Source: Azolla caroliniana (taxonomy: Eukaryota; Plantae; Polypodiophyta). Taken from it: a DNA stretch of 64,000 nucleotides. The notes below the pieces were generated by a model. The model made no database searches. It had not been told where the DNA came from and saw only the letters and a program-made list of their open reading frames with translations. This document shows positions 62,614 to 64,000 of the stretch, piece after piece (the first letter of the stretch is position 1; every line of letters starts with the position of its first letter). The translations under genes and the position numbers were made by a program. The DNA is taken from assembly GCA_043228905.1 (NCBI GenBank), contig JBHGNT010000002.1, forward strand, positions 15,190,001-15,254,000. The letters are read 5' to 3'.

Positions 62614-63165
62614 ATGGCGTCTAGATATAACGTTTCCTACATGAAGATGATGGTACTCATGGTGCTTCTAATGGCGGCATGTGTTGCAGCAAAAAAGAAG
62701 GTGGTATTGAAGTACTACACACAACAACAACTTGGGGTGAATGAGTTTGGGATGGTCTCAGCAGCTGTTCCTCCGGCCAAAGGCACATTCACTGGTGTTG
62801 GCCTTCAAGTGGTTTATAACTACACATTGACCAAGACAGGAAACCCAACATCCCAAGTTTTGGGCGTCATTCGCGGCACCTCTGTGGTGACCTCCAACAC
62901 TGTCAATGCCACCATTTTTGTTGTCAACACTGTTGTGCATTACGTTAATCCCAAGAAAGGGGGTCTCAAGGGCACTTTCACCACACAAGGTGAGGCCGAC
63001 TTTGGTAGTGGACAACCCTTCGAATTAGCCGTGACAGGTGGCACTGGTGACTTTCGTGGCGTCTATGGCTACACTATCGCCAGCAACTTCAATTTTACGC
63101 CACCTACTGGCAACTCAACTACCAAGGTCACAAAATTCTATCAAACTCGCCTTTGGTGGCTCTAA
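62614..63165 (+). CDS. Dirigent-like secreted protein, copy 2 (183 aa)
   Basis: Two amino-acid differences from copy 1; same motifs. Confidence 0.88.
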   Translation: MASRYNVSYMKMMVLMVLLMAACVAAKKKVVLKYYTQQQLGVNEFGMVSAAVPPAKGTFTGVGLQVVYNYTLTKTGNPTSQVLGVIRGTSVVTSNTVNATIFVVNTVVHYVNPKKGGLKGTFTTQGEADFGSGQPFELAVTGGTGDFRGVYGYTIASNFNFTPPTGNSTTKVTKFYQTRLWWL

Positions 63166-63227
63166 ATTATAGATGCTTGAATTATCTTCCTCATTTCTAG
63201 GATTGATAAAAAAAATACATGGCTTTA

Positions 63228-63296
63228 GGCAACTCAACTGCCAAGGTCACAAAATTCTATCAAACTCGCCTTTGGTGGCTCTAAATTATAGATGCT
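63228..63296 (+). repeat. Duplicated 69-bp piece of the dirigent 3' end at a rearrangement junction
   Basis: Matches 63109-63177 and 34848-34916. Confidence 0.9.
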
Positions 63297-63305
63297 CTAA
63301 ATTCT

Positions 63306-64000
63306 ATGAGCACACGGACTCCCTCGCTCATACACACAACACGACAGGAATACACCGAAGACAAGACACGAGAAATCCAAAACACATGGAGAGACTCAAC
63401 GAATTAACGATGAAAAGAAGAAACGGGAAGAGATTCCAACTGGCCGTGGCCGGCAAAAGAGCTTCGAGCTGACTATAAACACACACAGACACTAACTATA
63501 AACACCCAGTCACCTTGCTCGATCTTCTTTGGCCAAAACCTGTGTGTCCGGTCGAACCGGCCCTTGTTCTTCTTCCGCGCCGCCTCCAGATTTGCCTTTG
63601 CTCGTTCCACATCCTCCGGCCTCCGCTCGAGTTGCCGAATCGTTGCCTAGTCGACCTCTATCCACGACGAGATTGTCGACCGCCGTCCAGATGGGGAATC
63701 TCGTGCCAGCCTTGTCGTCATGATTTATCACCCATCCGATTCTGGTCGGGCTCGTGTCCACCGTCATGAAAACCAGAGTGCCCTTCTTGTACGCCACTTT
63801 CTGGAGAGCCGGTGCCGCCGTTAGCTTTTCCTTCAGTCTCCGAATCGCCTCCATGTGCTCGTTGTTCCATTTGAATTTCTAACCTTTCTTTAGCAAGCAA
63901 TAGAGCGGCTCGACAATATGTGCGTAGTGCAGAATCCAAATGTGGTAGAAGGTGCACGTCCCTAGGAACCGTTGGACTTCTGTGACCAACCAATACTCTT
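63306..64000 (+). repeat. Start of a third duplication unit (Gx RNaseH remnant, minus strand)
   Basis: Aligns to 1894-2589 and 42857 onward. Confidence 0.9.

Larger units (their letters stand above)
41860..63229 (+). repeat. Segmental duplication unit 2
   Basis: Same order of copia relic, Gx, G0, copia A, copia fragment and dirigent gene as unit 1; lacks G1 and G2, contains copia B. Confidence 0.9.

Overview
Land-plant nuclear DNA (probably a seed-free plant, inferred from the element types) made almost entirely of nested retrotransposons. A tandem segmental duplication (unit 1 ~897-34968, unit 2 ~41860-63229, start of a unit 3 at 63306) carries the only host gene, an intronless secreted dirigent-like gene (34353-34904 and 62614-63165). 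Nested elements: an old Ty3/gypsy relic (Gx); three related non-chromovirus Ty3/gypsy families (G0, G1, G2; my labels) with a large extra sense ORF after pol; a decayed Ty1/copia (A) present in both units at the same site; a young intact Tnt1/Tork-like copia (B); other copia and LINE remnants; and a fold-back solo LTR. The main finding: G0, G1 and G2 have no polypurine tract next to the 3' LTR. In its place, 2 nt from the LTR, is a conserved tRNA-3'-end mimic (TCCCACGGGCGTGCCA) preceded by a covarying stem-loop, which suggests plus-strand synthesis primed by a second tRNA or a self-encoded tRNA-like RNA. Identities and difference counts are hand-read approximations; tRNA assignments are from memory of plant tRNA-Arg sequences and need checking.
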